From Eledone cirrhosa (taxonomy: Eukaryota), in assembly GCA_964016885.1 (NCBI GenBank), contig OZ024743.1, positions 62,372,001 to 62,436,000 on the forward strand: a DNA stretch of 64,000 bases. The letters are read 5' to 3'. Shown piece by piece: positions 51,739 through 64,000 of the stretch (its first letter is position 1; each line of letters begins with the position of its first letter). The notes beneath the pieces were generated by a model. That model saw nothing but the letters and a program-made list of their open reading frames with translations, did no database searches and was not told where the DNA came from. The position numbers were made by a program, and so were the translations under genes.

Positions 51739-53496
51739 TTAAAAAAAAATCTTTTAATATTTCTTTTCTTATGTTTTCCTTTTCTGTTTGCTTTTATTGT
51801 ATGTTTCTTCATGTTTTCTATCTTTCTTTTCAAAATTAAAGTGTATTGTAATAGTTTCATGTAATGTCTTCCTTAGAATAATTAAAAAGATTGTTCCTTG
51901 ACCCCTACCCCAAACTCCCAAGCATTTCAGCTACCCTCACTCATACATATGCTTATGTAACAAACATATAACACATTATATGATGTAACATACATATATC
52001 ACATTATATGATGATTTTATATATATATATATATATATATGAGTCCCGGGTTCAATCGGGAGTAACCACAGTTAGCAAGGTGCCAATATATTAGTGTCAA
52101 CACACATACATACATAATGACTGCAACTCAATTTTGAGGAACGCCATCACTTAATACTTAAGCATGAGCATCATGGATGTGGGTTCTAGCCTATGGCCAG
52201 CAATACCATGCATCGCAAAAAATGTCCACATATCAAGCAATGCCTGTGTTTGAAGCTTTTTTAAGTGAGGATAGTCTTTGTACGGGGCCCACTCTCTGAA
52301 CATTTGCCACAAAAGAAGAACTGGTCTACATCATTAGATGCAAACAAAGTTGCAGGTTTTATATCAGAGTGACCTTCGAGAGAGATGACTTAACAAAGAC
52401 TAGGAGTCTCTAATTCCACAAAAAAAATAAAAAACTTTATTGGATGGCCGTTGACTCTGTGTTCTTCTGCCCTTTGATGGGTTTTATTTTTCATCTCGCA
52501 GGATGTCCAAATTCACCTTCCTCACCAAGCAAGCTTGGTGGGGTTGCCGGTTTAGTCGCCGGTTTAGTCGCCGACGATCCGACCATACATAGGTTGTACT
52601 GGGTTATATGTTACCAGTAGCACAGAAAAGCGACCTGACATACATACATACATATATACATATTCATTACTGTTTAACCATGGTTGCATGGGTTAGAGGT
52701 GTTGTCATGTTATGCAGCTAGATAGGCCCGGTAACCATGTCTTATTGACACAATCCATTTTTTATTTGGATTTCTAATGCTGGATGCCTTTCATATTGCC
52801 ACCTACACTTCAGCTTGTACTGGAAACTTTTTTATAGGCACCAGCACTACCACATTACAGAGTGGACTAGGTGTATTTTGTTGTGGCACCAGTTGACCAC
52901 CTTACAGGGTGGACCTTACAGATACATACATATATATATTTGCTATAAGTGAAGGTGGGTGGCCTCGTGGTTAGAGTGTTCAGTTCACAATTGTAAGGTC
53001 ACGGGAGCTCATTTTTTTCCTTGAGCAAGACACTGCTCCAGTCCACTTAGCTGAAAAACATGAGATATACCTATAGTTCAAAGAACCAGCTATGTCATGC
53101 TAACTCTCCCTGAGACCTACATTATGGATACACGTGTCTGTGGAATTATCAGCCACTTGCATGTTGAAACAACGAGGACACTTGTCATTGCCAACAGAGA
53201 TCCAATAACACTTATTCCATCTTGCTCACCCCTGGGTCTCCTGCCAGTTGGTTTTGCCTGTAAAATCTGTCCAGCGATTATTTCCTGAGACATAGTTAGA
53301 ATATATATATATACACACACATATATATATATATATATATAAATTTTGAGTATATGTTGGTTGTTTACCGACACCTCAGTATGCAGATTGGAGCACTCGA
53401 CGAAGTACGCAGGTTAGTTTGTTTACTCTGGAGTAATATAAAATAATTATGTCAAATATGTAAAATTTGGCTTCGTTTATTACAAATTATAGATAT

Positions 53497-53551
53497 ACTG
53501 CTATATATATTTTGGTGACAGCCATCATTGGCTGTGACCTCTTCAGGCAGT
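53497..53551 (-). ncRNA. Hammerhead copy with catalytic G12 changed to A (predicted inactive)
   Basis: Minus strand: ACTGC-CTGAAGA-GGTCACAGCCA..TGGCTGTCACC-AAAA-TATATATA-GCAGT. Confidence 0.75.
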
Positions 53552-53702
53552 CTCTTCAGTTATTTCTCTTAGGAACTGGAATCATATGATTACAGTTCCT
53601 AAGAGAAATAACAACACTACCAGGAGCTGAACATATCGATGGATTGACGGAGTAAAACACACTTCAACAACATGTGTACCTGTCCTTCCCACATCAATTC
53701 GG

Positions 53703-53757
53703 ACTGCCTGAAGAGGTCACAGCCAATAATGGCTGTCACCGAAATATATATAGCAGT
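53703..53757 (+). ncRNA. Type I hammerhead ribozyme with minimal palindromic stem III
   Basis: ACTGC-CTGAAGA-GGTCACAGCCA-ataa-TGGCTGTCACC-GAAA-T-ATAT-A-TA|GCAGT; intact core, AUA triplet, predicted cut after 53752. Confidence 0.85.
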
Positions 53758-53808
53758 ATATCTATAATTTGTAATAATTGAAGCCAAATTTTACATATTT
53801 GACTGAAT

Positions 53809-53854
<46 letters not shown>

Positions 53855-54281
53855 GCACACATACATATATATATATATATATAGTAATAATAATAAATTT
53901 GAAGACTAAAATCCAAAGAGGGCTCGATAAGGATAAATATATATCAAATATATAAGAACTGTAGAGCAAATATTTATTAAAAATCTGTTATTTTAATAAA
54001 TATATATATATATATATAATCATCATCATTTTCCATAGAATTCTTGACAAATTTCTTAAGTTAAATTTTCTGCAAGTGACAATATATTTGAGCCTTTTGA
54101 TACCAACTCAGTCACAGTCAGTTTTGGTCCTATGAAATAAAATAACTCATTTTAAAGAATTCCTATTAAATCAAATTTTCTAAAAACATTTTATATAAAG
54201 ACCATAAGTTAAGTTACTGACTTACCTTCCATATTATGTATCCTCCAAATGTTCTTGTGACAAAGTTTTGATCTTATATTT

Positions 54282-54355
54282 GTGTTTAACTTTTTTATTA
54301 ACTCTGATGAATCTGGCCTTGTGCTTGGATGAAACGATCATCAGTTATTAAACAC
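54282..54355 (+). ncRNA. Type I minimal hammerhead-like motif
   Basis: GTGTTTAA..TAACT-CTGATGA-ATCTGGC..GCTTGGAT-GAAA-C-GATC-A-TC|AGTTA-TTAAACAC. Two-part stem I; C-A mismatch in stem III, likely CpG decay of CGATCG. Confidence 0.7.
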
Positions 54356-57199
54356 TCTTTGATTATTATTTACATTATATTTACATTGTATCTTAGTCAT
54401 TAATAATTTTAGTAAATCCTTAAAAATACAGTCATGAAAAGGTTAAAAACCAGAATTGTTGAAAAACATAAATTTTGTAATATGTAACCTAAAAAAATGG
54501 GTTAAAAATGGAAACTGTTACAATACACAATTTGTTTTGTTCTGTAGTTGATATTTGGCATTGGTGTGTCTTCTCTCCTTCAATTCTACCTAATTCTACC
54601 ATTCATCTAATGTCTTGTATATATTACATACTTGCTTGTATTTCATAGTACCTCTGATATGTTGTATACATTTCTCTGCTTGTTCTGTTAACTCTTATAT
54701 ATCTGTGGCTTGGCCAGGTGGATTCGGGATGTTCTGCATACAGGGAGAGAAAGTCAGCTATTTTATTCCATCTCTCTCTCCCTCTCTCTCATACACCACC
54801 ACCCTCATACACATATGCACACACACACACATATATGTGTGTTTAATGTATGTAGCATGTATATATATATATGTAATTATGTGTGTATATATATATATGT
54901 AATTATGTGTGTATATATATACACACATACATATATATATATATGCACACTCACAACTAATTTTTTTTTTTTTTTTTTTTGCCTTTTCTCAAATATGACT
55001 TGGATTGCTTTCAGACACCTTTTAATGTGTTAAAATTTTAACCGAATGTTTCATAAATCTTCTAGTTTGTTAATCCAATATTAACCATATAATTCCCTTC
55101 TTAACCTACTATTAACTATATATATGCCTCCTTTCTAACCTAATATTAACTATATATGATCACCTCCTCCCCCACACTTTCTTAACCCAATATTATCTGT
55201 AACTACCCACTTCCAGTATTAACTACAAATTTCTCCTCTTAACCTAAAATTAACAGTATATTTCCCCTGTAAACCCGATATTAAATATGTTTTCCCTTTC
55301 TTCATATAACATACTGCAATATCTACCCCGTTCTAAATTCAGCTACCATAAATACTTGAGTATAAATCCGATCGCGACTGTAAGTTGATATGCTAATCCA
55401 AGTAATAAAATGGCTTGAATTTATGTTGAGTTCAAAATCAGTAACTATAACTCAACATAAAACTTTATTTATTTATTTAATTTAAACGACTGTGTAGAGC
55501 TAGTAAGTACTCTTAATAGTTGGTAAGCAAAAAGAGCTAGTGAGACAAGTAATTAAAAAAATTTAAAGAAGGGAAAAATATCAAATGAAATAAAATTAAA
55601 ATAAAATGCTAAATATTGAAGGCCAATGGGAGGCAGTTATGTTTAAGAAAACAAAAAAGAAAAGGAAAATAGGAAGCAAGGGAAGCTGTAAAACAGAAGT
55701 TTCTGTTGTTGAATCTTTTCATAGCTTCCATCTACTCAAAGATTTTGTCCATATTTGGTAGACCTGTAATCAAATATTGAACTTCTAATCTTGGTAGTTT
55801 TTAAAGATTGGTTTCCCCATGGCCTCTCTCTCAGACTGAGTTTCTACATTGAAACAAATAGTGTCAAAGACTTTCTGGAGAGTCACCACAAGAACATAGA
55901 GGTGAATCTCTACAACCTGTTCTTGATAGAATGTAGTTCAAAGGTATATGTCCAGTTCGAAGCCAGCATAGTCTTTTTATTTTTGCATTACTCGGTGATC
56001 AATAAGTTTGGAATGTTGTCAAATCTGGTTTATTTATTTACTAGTGGTTCTGTGCCATCAATAATGGCATAAGCACTGAACATATTTAATTTTTGGAGTC
56101 CAGGATTGGTTTCCATATTTACTAGGATTACTAGATATATGAACAGTCATACAAACTGGGTAACTTGTGTTTTGATAAATTAATAGTCTATATAAGAGAA
56201 ACCCTATAGTTTATGTTGATTACTAACACATAGAAATGATTAAGGATAAGAATGATATTCTTTTAAACATATTTCTAGGATGTAGGTAGTCGTAGAGGAG
56301 CTGTATTGACATACAGCATTTCTTGGGCATTTTAAGCCTGGCGGAGTCCATCCCTCTCCATCAGATTTCTTCCAGAGAGAGGAAGAATTGACCCCAGTAC
56401 TAGACTGCTACGTTTTTAATCAACCTCGAAAGGATGAAAGGCAAAGTTGATCTTGGCGGAATTTGAACAGCAGAGAGCTGGAACGAATACTATAAAATAT
56501 TCTATCCGACATTCTAATGACAGCCAATTAGGATATAATTACATAAATAAATATTCCACATAGATGTTCAAATGATATACAAGATTAAATGTGTTAATAA
56601 CTTTGAAGAAATAATTATTTACAGGGACAAATGTAGGATTATAACCAAGATCCTAGCAATTAGAAATCAAACTTCTTATTGTAGCAACATAACTGATATA
56701 GGAAATGCATTATGTGTATTGGTGTATGTGTTTGAATATTTTATAGAATCACAAACAGATAATGTTATATATGTGTGTATGTGTGTTATTATATGTAAAT
56801 GTACAAACACACAGTGTATTATTATCGTTCATTGAAAAACACAAAAAGAACACAGATTAAGCAGTTGAAACCATAGTTGTCTTCTTCATCAGACTCTTCA
56901 AACAATTACTCAGGTAGTTTATCTGTCATGAAGTCATTTTGAGGGCAATCCTCTTCTTTTTCTGAATCCTCATCATTATTAACACACGATACCCTGTAAT
57001 GCATGAAACCACATTCATAAGACATTTTTGAAAACTATAAAACAGCTCTGTGACTGCATCATGTTAGAAAGTAAAGTCTTTACTGTAATATTGTAAATTT
57101 TCACAATGATCTGTCCACCAACGAACACACTATAAACATTTAAATTAGCAAACCTATATTTAGATGTTTTCTGCAAAATCATTATACAATATTAGAGTT

Positions 57200-57875
57200 G
57201 AATAGTGTGGCAATTACATTTAAGTGTAAAGTTTGTATAGAGCTAGCTACAGATGCAGAGGATGTTGAGCTGAATCTTGGGAGTGGTGTGATAGAAAGTA
57301 TGAAAACCTTGATATCTTGGAGACGTGTTGAATGGAAAAGGTGGATTATACTTGGTGACATGAAAGACATTCTTGGAACTGAATTGCATGCTTATAAGGA
57401 AGGGAGTGCTGCTGAAACTAAAGAGAAATATGTATACTGCATGTGTGAGAAGTCTCATGATTTATGGTAGCAAGACATGTGTGAAAAACTTGGAGCAACA
57501 GAGACGGCTGGAAAGAATGGAAATGCGAATGGTCTGGTGGATGAATGGAATATAGCTCAAAGAGAGGAAATCAAACAATGATTGGTCGAGGATCTTGAGA
57601 TAAATTCAGTGATGAATGTTGTGAAGAGAAATGGAATGAGATGGTTGCGTCATGCATTGAGGGAGGATGAAAGTGACTGAGTGAGACAAGTGGTGGAAAT
57701 GAGTGTGGAAGGAAGTAGAGAAAGACTAAGAAAGGCATGATTAAAAAGAATGGAGAAAGAAATGAAAGTCTAGAAGTTGGTGAGGAGAGATGCAGATGAT
57801 AGGGAAAAATGGAGAAGCTCATCATAAGGCCTGCATGGCCAACCTCTGCTTTACCAGGGAAAATGGCCTTAAAAT
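57200..57875 (+). mobile_element. Old RTE-like LINE 3' remnant
   Basis: LKLKRNMYTACVRSLMIYGSKT...RLERMEMRMVWWM. Confidence 0.65.
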
Positions 57876-60111
57876 GCTTGTTATTATGCAGAGTCCTCTG
57901 GTATTTATCAGGCTCTTACCCAATAATATCATCTTCTCTTCCCTCTAAGGATTTGGACCACAAGCTATCATCTTCTTTCTCATATATAGTATAGCTTTCC
58001 AAAAAACTGCATTTCACCATGTTTATGTTGGTTCTGAATCAAGCAGTCACTACTCATTTTGCAAGTACTCTTAGTATGGGCCTCTTCAAGCTGTCTACAT
58101 TGATTTCTGCAGCTTGTCCAGGAGAAAGCCATAATCCTCACTTCTCATGGAGATGGTCTATGAATGGCTTGTTGCATTTTATTACAAATGCAGACTGAAT
58201 TTCTTTAAACTCTATGCCCAATTTTGTTTATTTTTTATCTATAAATGTTTGTTTACATTTGTAATTTTTTTATCCTTGCAAAAGATATGCTTCCCACTTC
58301 ATTTTAGAAATTAAGATCCTGTACTATGTGAAACTGCATTAGCAAGACATTTTTTAAATATACAAAACAACACTATGACTGTATTACATTAAATATTAAA
58401 GTCTTTAGTCTAATTTTCACAACTTGTCCACTAGTAAAAATACTTTATAGATGTTTGAATTGTAGTGGCACTCCATCAGTTACGACAATGAGTATTCCTG
58501 TTGATATGATCAACAGAACAGCCTGCTCATGAACTTAATGTACAAGTGGCTGAGTATTTCACAAACACACATACTGTTAACATAGTTCTCAGGGAGATTC
58601 GGTGTGACACAGAATGTGACAAGGCTGGCCCTTCGAATTACAGGTACAACTCATTTTTGCCAGCTGAATGTACTGGAGCAACGTGAAATAAAGTGTCTTG
58701 CTCAAGGACACAGTATGCCGCCAGGAATCAAACTCATGACCTTATAATCCAGAAAGCTGCGCACCTTCACAGATATTTGAATTAACAAACCTTTTAATAA
58801 ACATATTCTGCTAAATCATTACAGGTTGTTAAGAGTTAAAAGCACAAGTATTACAGAAAACTACAACATTTAGTTAACTTAGAAGTATCCAAACAAAAAC
58901 TTATTAATTTTAGTAATTCAAGAAAACAATATTTTTTTTTACAGTCCCCATTACTGTTTTATTTTTTATTATGCACGTGATTGGCAAGATTTTTCTTCCT
59001 TTATTTATTTCTTCCTATTACTTCAGTGGGCCAACACACTTCTAGCCACTGATTTCTGTCCTTTGGGGTAATTTTTACCCGACCCTGTCATTGACAGCAT
59101 TTTGCTGTTTTAACAGCTATTCTTGGGTTGAGTTTTTCTCATTATTTTATGAATTCTAATACACTCGTGCTCCATCTCGGTCTTTGAGACAAGATTGCTA
59201 ATAAAATTAATGCAATGACCTGTCACTCAATTTGGCTAATTTTTCTGAGCATTATTTTAGCTACATTATTCTTTCACTTATGGCGGTGGATTGGCAGTAT
59301 CTGTAGAGAGTCGGACGCCATGCTTTCCAGCATAGTTATGTCCCTTTACAATCTGAGTTCAAATCCCGCCGAGGTAAACTTTGCCTTTCATCCTTACGGG
59401 GTCGATAAAATAAAGTACCAGTAATGCACTGGGTAATTGCTGGCCTTGTGCCTAAAGTAGAAACAATTATTCTTTCACTCCTATTTTCAATGTGCGTCCA
59501 GTTTAGAATTGGTACACTGTTTCCCTGCATGTTGTAAAAGGCAACTAAAACCGTTGATGCCAGGAAGGGTATCCAGCTGTAAAACATTGCTTCAAAAAAG
59601 ATCCTGTGATCAGCATGAACCCTTTCATGAAACGCGCAAGGCTAACCCATGCTTCAGCAGGAATACATGATTAAATATATTATATGTATTTAAATATATT
59701 ATATATATATAAATATATATATAATATATACACATACACACATATATATATATACACATACATATATATATATACACACACACATATATATAATATATAC
59801 ACATATGTATATAATGTATACACATATATGTATATAGTCATTACCATTTAACGCCCATCATTGTTTGTAGCTTGTTAATTTGTTATCTATTCATTAAATC
59901 CACTGCATGGACACTATTCCAACCCTTTCACTAAAATGTTTTGTCTTTTTTTAACTTTGATAATAACGATTATAATCGCTTATTACTGAGAGAAGGTCTT
60001 TTGTCTGCCAGCCAATCCACAGGCATCTCATTCCCATCCCTGAACAAATGGTATGTAGTCAAGATTAAATGGCTGACAGTCAGGCTCATTCACACACACA
60101 TGCAATATATT

Positions 60112-60174
<63 letters not shown>

Positions 60175-60587
60175 GGTTGTTTGGGGAAAAACAAGTTCAG
60201 TGCAAATTTGAAATACAATAGTGAAAACTAGAGTTAAGTAAGGAAATACAAAACAACTGTTTACACTTTCACCTTCTATTGTTAAAGGTTTATTACCTCT
60301 TTTTCAAAGTGTGGTCACATGTACCAACATTTTGATGTGCAATGCACCACTACAACAACTGCACATTAAATATTCAGTGTAAACTGCTGCTTTGTTTTAT
60401 TTTTCTGACTTTACTCTAGTTTTCATTATTGTATTTCTAATTTTCATTGTTACATCTTTCCCAAATCAATCATAGCCATATATTGTGTGTGTTTGTATGT
60501 GAATGCAAACTGTGTCCCTGTCCTTTCTTGCTTTATGCATATACTAACCACCTCTCCATTGGCCTCTGTTGTATGCACTTTCTACAG

Positions 60588-60596
60588 TTGGCAAAG
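60588..60596 (+). CDS. Candidate 9-nt microexon TTGGCAAAG
   Basis: Consensus branch point TACTAAC (60542-60548), pyrimidine-rich flanks, TGC just upstream of tttctacAG, AAG|gtaaaa donor, frame-preserving length. Confidence 0.4.
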
Positions 60597-61489
60597 GTAA
60601 AACATTTAAAATGAGAAGGAAAATGAAGAAGCGGAAAATGATAATGTTGACACCAAGCCCTGAACTTCATGGAGGTAATTATGAGTGAGAGACCCTTGCA
60701 AAGAATGGTTAATCATTCCATAATGGGTTAGGTAAAGAGCTTGCTCTGAAATAGTGTACAGAATTTTCAATGTGTGAATTATTTGCTTGTTCTAAATGTT
60801 TTATCAACTCTTAATGTCCTGTACCATATAAAACTACATTAGCAAGACATTCGTGAAAAGTATATAAAACATTATGACTGTATCACACTAAAAGTTGAAG
60901 TCTTTACTCTAATATTGCAAATTTTCATGACAATTTATCCAGTAGTAAAGATACTATAAACATTTGAATTAACAAACCTGTTTTAAAATTTTTTTTTTTT
61001 GCTAAATCATTATAGGATTTTAAGAGTTAAGATAAGAATTTTTCACAATAAATTTCATTTATGCAGCGTATATTTACACCATCTGTATCTACAACTGCAT
61101 TTTTAGAATATATGTATTTACAGTTTATGAAGGCATATGGCTTAGTGGTTACGGTGTTCAGCTCACAACTATAAGGTTATGAATTCGATGCCCAATGGTG
61201 TTCTTGAGCAAGACACTATTTTTAAAGATGCTCTAATCCACTCAGCTGGAAAAAAATGAATTATACTTGCAATTCAAATGGCTAGTCTTGTCTCTCTTTC
61301 TCTCTCTCACACACACACAATGTGTCGTGCTAAATCTCCCCATAAACTACATTAAGGGTACACACATGTCTGTGGAATGCTCAGCCACTTGTACGTTAAT
61401 TTCACAAACAGGCAGTCCTGTTGTTTGAACAACTGGAACACTAGTCATTGGAGCCAATGAGGGTCCAACACACATACACACTTCTTCTT

Positions 61490-61850
61490 TGCCCACTTAC
61501 TCCTGAGAGGGTCGTGGGGGCAAAGTCTTCAAACCCTCCTTCCAGTGGGTTCTGTCAGAAACAACCATCTCCAAATGATCCAGCTGGATCCCCAAATGAG
61601 ACCAACTGAGCTCATGGATAATATCAAACTATCTTGCTCCGGGTTTACTTCTGGGTCTCCTGCCAGTTGGTTTTGCTAACAAAATCTGTCCAGCAATTCT
61701 TTCCTGAGATATTCTAACCACATGTCCGTAGTATCAGAGCTGTGGTCTCTCAATTCAGAGAAGTTGTGGCTCTACCTGAAGTGACTCTCTGATTTGCGAG
61801 CTACACACTTTATTAAGTAATGGTAATCCAAGGACTCATCAGAGAAGCAT
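61490..61850 (-). mobile_element. RTE (Expander-like) 3' remnant; related piece at 53190-53295
   Basis: Minus strand GHVVRISQERIAGQILLAKPTGRRPR. Confidence 0.6.
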
Positions 61851-62519
61851 ACCATTTACAATATATTTAAGGTGGTGAATTGGCAGAGTTATTAGGGTGT
61901 CAGATAAAACGTGTTGCAATATTTCTTCCAACTCTTTCCACTCAGTGTTCAAATCCTGCTGCGATCTAATTTTTCTAAATATTATTCCACTTATTGCATT
62001 TCATGATAGCGTGATAGCACCAACTATAGAGAGAAATATAGATATAATTGTTTCTACGTTTGGCACAAGCTCAGCAATTATCCCAGTGTATTACTGGTAC
62101 TTTATTTTATCGACCCCCGTAAGGATGAAAGGCAAAGTTAACCTTGGCGGGATTTGAACTCAGATTGGCAAGGGCCGTAACTCTATGCATCAAAGCATGG
62201 CGTCCAACTCTCTACCGATACTGCCAAATGATTGAGAGATAGATAGATGAGGATGGTTGGAGCCAGATAGGTATAGAGAGTGAGAGAGACAGACCAACAG
62301 ACAGATAGATAGATAAAGTGAGATAAAGAGAAAGGTAAACATATAGATAGATAAACAGAGATGGGGAGACAGACAGATAGCTAGGAGATCCCATCAACAT
62401 TAACCAAAGCAAATTAGATGGTTTATGTAAAACTGTAGTGATGTGTGTATTGCTGGGGGTAACCTGTTATGTTTTGTTTTGTTTTTGCTGTGAAAACAAA
62501 ATCTTTTTCTTCTATATAT

Positions 62520-63890
62520 CCATCACCAATGTCATGACAACATTCCTCCTCCAGCACATCCTCTCTAGCATTGCTGGCTGAATTTCCCCTGCTTCCAACT
62601 AGATGTTATTTTCAAGAACACCCTTTAGTGTGGTGGTTGGTCTCTCAACTCATCTGCACATATCAGATTTCCAGAAAAGAATTCTGCCAGCATGTTCATT
62701 GTGATGTTTCACATGTCTGGTTAATGCAAGCCTCTTATGACATATGATGTCAGAAGTGCAAAGAGCGATTTATTTGCTATGTGTTGTCTCCAGTCCAGAA
62801 TATGTTCTAGACCTTTCCCAACATCCGGATAAATGTGCCGTTACTCCTCTTTGTGAGTGATTTTGTCAGTGTCCACAACTCACATATGTAGAGGAGAATG
62901 GACTCAACTGTTGCTTTGAATAGCCTCATTTTGTGATTTTCTTCATTGGAGACACCCACACCTTTTATAGGGAGTTGAAAGCACACATACACATAGCCCC
63001 CCCCCCCCCCCCCCCCCCCTCCCCATGCCTTGCCTATTCTGGTGTCCACATCGTGCTCAGTGTTCATAAAACTGCCAAGATACAAGAAGTCATCCACCTC
63101 CTCAATTTATGAACCATCCAGTGCATGCATTTTTTTTATTTGTCATTGCATTGAGATGCATGTATTTCAGTTTGTCAGCATTCAAGAAGAGTGGAATGAA
63201 CTGTGTTGCAGCTTCTATTCTGTTTGGGCATGTTCTCAGCTTCTTTGCAGGTGTTTTCCAGGATAGCTATGTCATCTGTGGAAGCCATTTTCAGATAGAT
63301 CTTCCTCCGGATTTTGAGTTCTTTGTTGACTTTTCAGCATTATTCCATCTGACGGTGCAATGGCATTATGCAGTACTTAATCAAGGCATATCACAAAAGG
63401 GAAAAGGGCCAGAGGATCTCCCTGGAGGGCTCTGGTATCAATGAAAAATATGTCTGAATTTCCTGCAGGTGTCATTATAAGTGCTGAAGTATTCTCATAC
63501 ATGACTTTAATTGTATTCATGATCTGATGGGGTATCCCCATATGCAAGAAGAATTTTGAGCATCTTCTTTTCGTCGATTGAATCAAAAGCCTTCTTGAAA
63601 GCTATTAATACAATTGCTGCTTCCTTCTTGTGATTCTGTACCTTCTCAACCATCCTCCTTGGAGCCAAGATGTGTGAGGCTGTCCAAAATGTCCAAAATA
63701 CATTTTGGCTGGAACATAAAATGTTGTTGATACATAGACTGATCCTATTCAGAATCATCCTATTGTAAGTCTTTGCTGCAATTTGTGAAACTCTGATGCC
63801 TCTATAGTTGATGTAGATGGTAAGGTCACCTTTCTTGGGTACTATTCCTGATATTCCCTTTCAAAGGTTTTGATGCAGAAGTCCTTTAGA
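62520..63890 (-). mobile_element. Decayed RTE-type LINE RT region
   Basis: FKKAFDSI, LQGDPLALFPFVICLD, ADDIA, DDFLYLGS and LFKATVESILLY motifs across frames. Confidence 0.8.
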
Positions 63891-64000
63891 AACTATATAT
63901 ATATATATATAATCTTTATCAAGAAATACAGATTAGATGATTAAATTAGTTACACAGAGCTGAGAAGACATTAACAAAAAATTTAATGGACATTGCCATC

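Larger units (their letters stand above)
53436..53818. mobile_element. Inverted-repeat element (about 115-bp arms), each arm carrying a hammerhead, with an internal hairpin, adjacent to (TA)n
   Basis: 53436-53552 is the reverse complement of 53702-53818. Inner hairpin gttatttctcttaggaactg...cagttcctaagagaaataac at about 53559-53612. Confidence 0.85.

Noticed and set aside
54718-54752. Possible exon encoding GFGMFCIQGEK
   Set aside because: Weak GTCAGC donor, 35 nt, poor pyrimidine tract and no EGF Cys pattern.
56860-56900. CTGATGA on the minus strand as a hammerhead (similarly CTGAAGA at 46843)
   Set aside because: No correctly placed GAAA or stem I.

Overview
AT-rich animal genomic DNA, probably an octopus or other coleoid cephalopod (inferred only from the SINE/RTE/microsatellite landscape). 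The + strand carries 14 GT-AG exons (151..45817; 2313 nt, one continuous open frame) of a MEGF6-like gene: an S/T/P-rich linker exon with an RGD motif, followed by laminin-type EGF repeats, mostly in 129-nt phase-1 exons. The gene starts upstream of the window and its end was not identified. The introns hold CR1-like, RTE, CRE and Penelope-like retroelement remains, two SINE families, hAT, piggyBac and Tc1-type MITEs, and mini/microsatellites. The main observations are: (1) about eight hammerhead-ribozyme motifs of unrelated sequence. Two occur as inverted pairs next to (TA)n tracts in which one copy is intact and its mirror copy has a substitution at catalytic G12. (2) A SINE inserted exactly at a MEGF6 splice acceptor, leaving two competing acceptors. 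(3) A candidate 9-nt microexon. (4) An inverted LINE pair bracketing an exon. All calls were made by eye without database searches; repeat boundaries are approximate.
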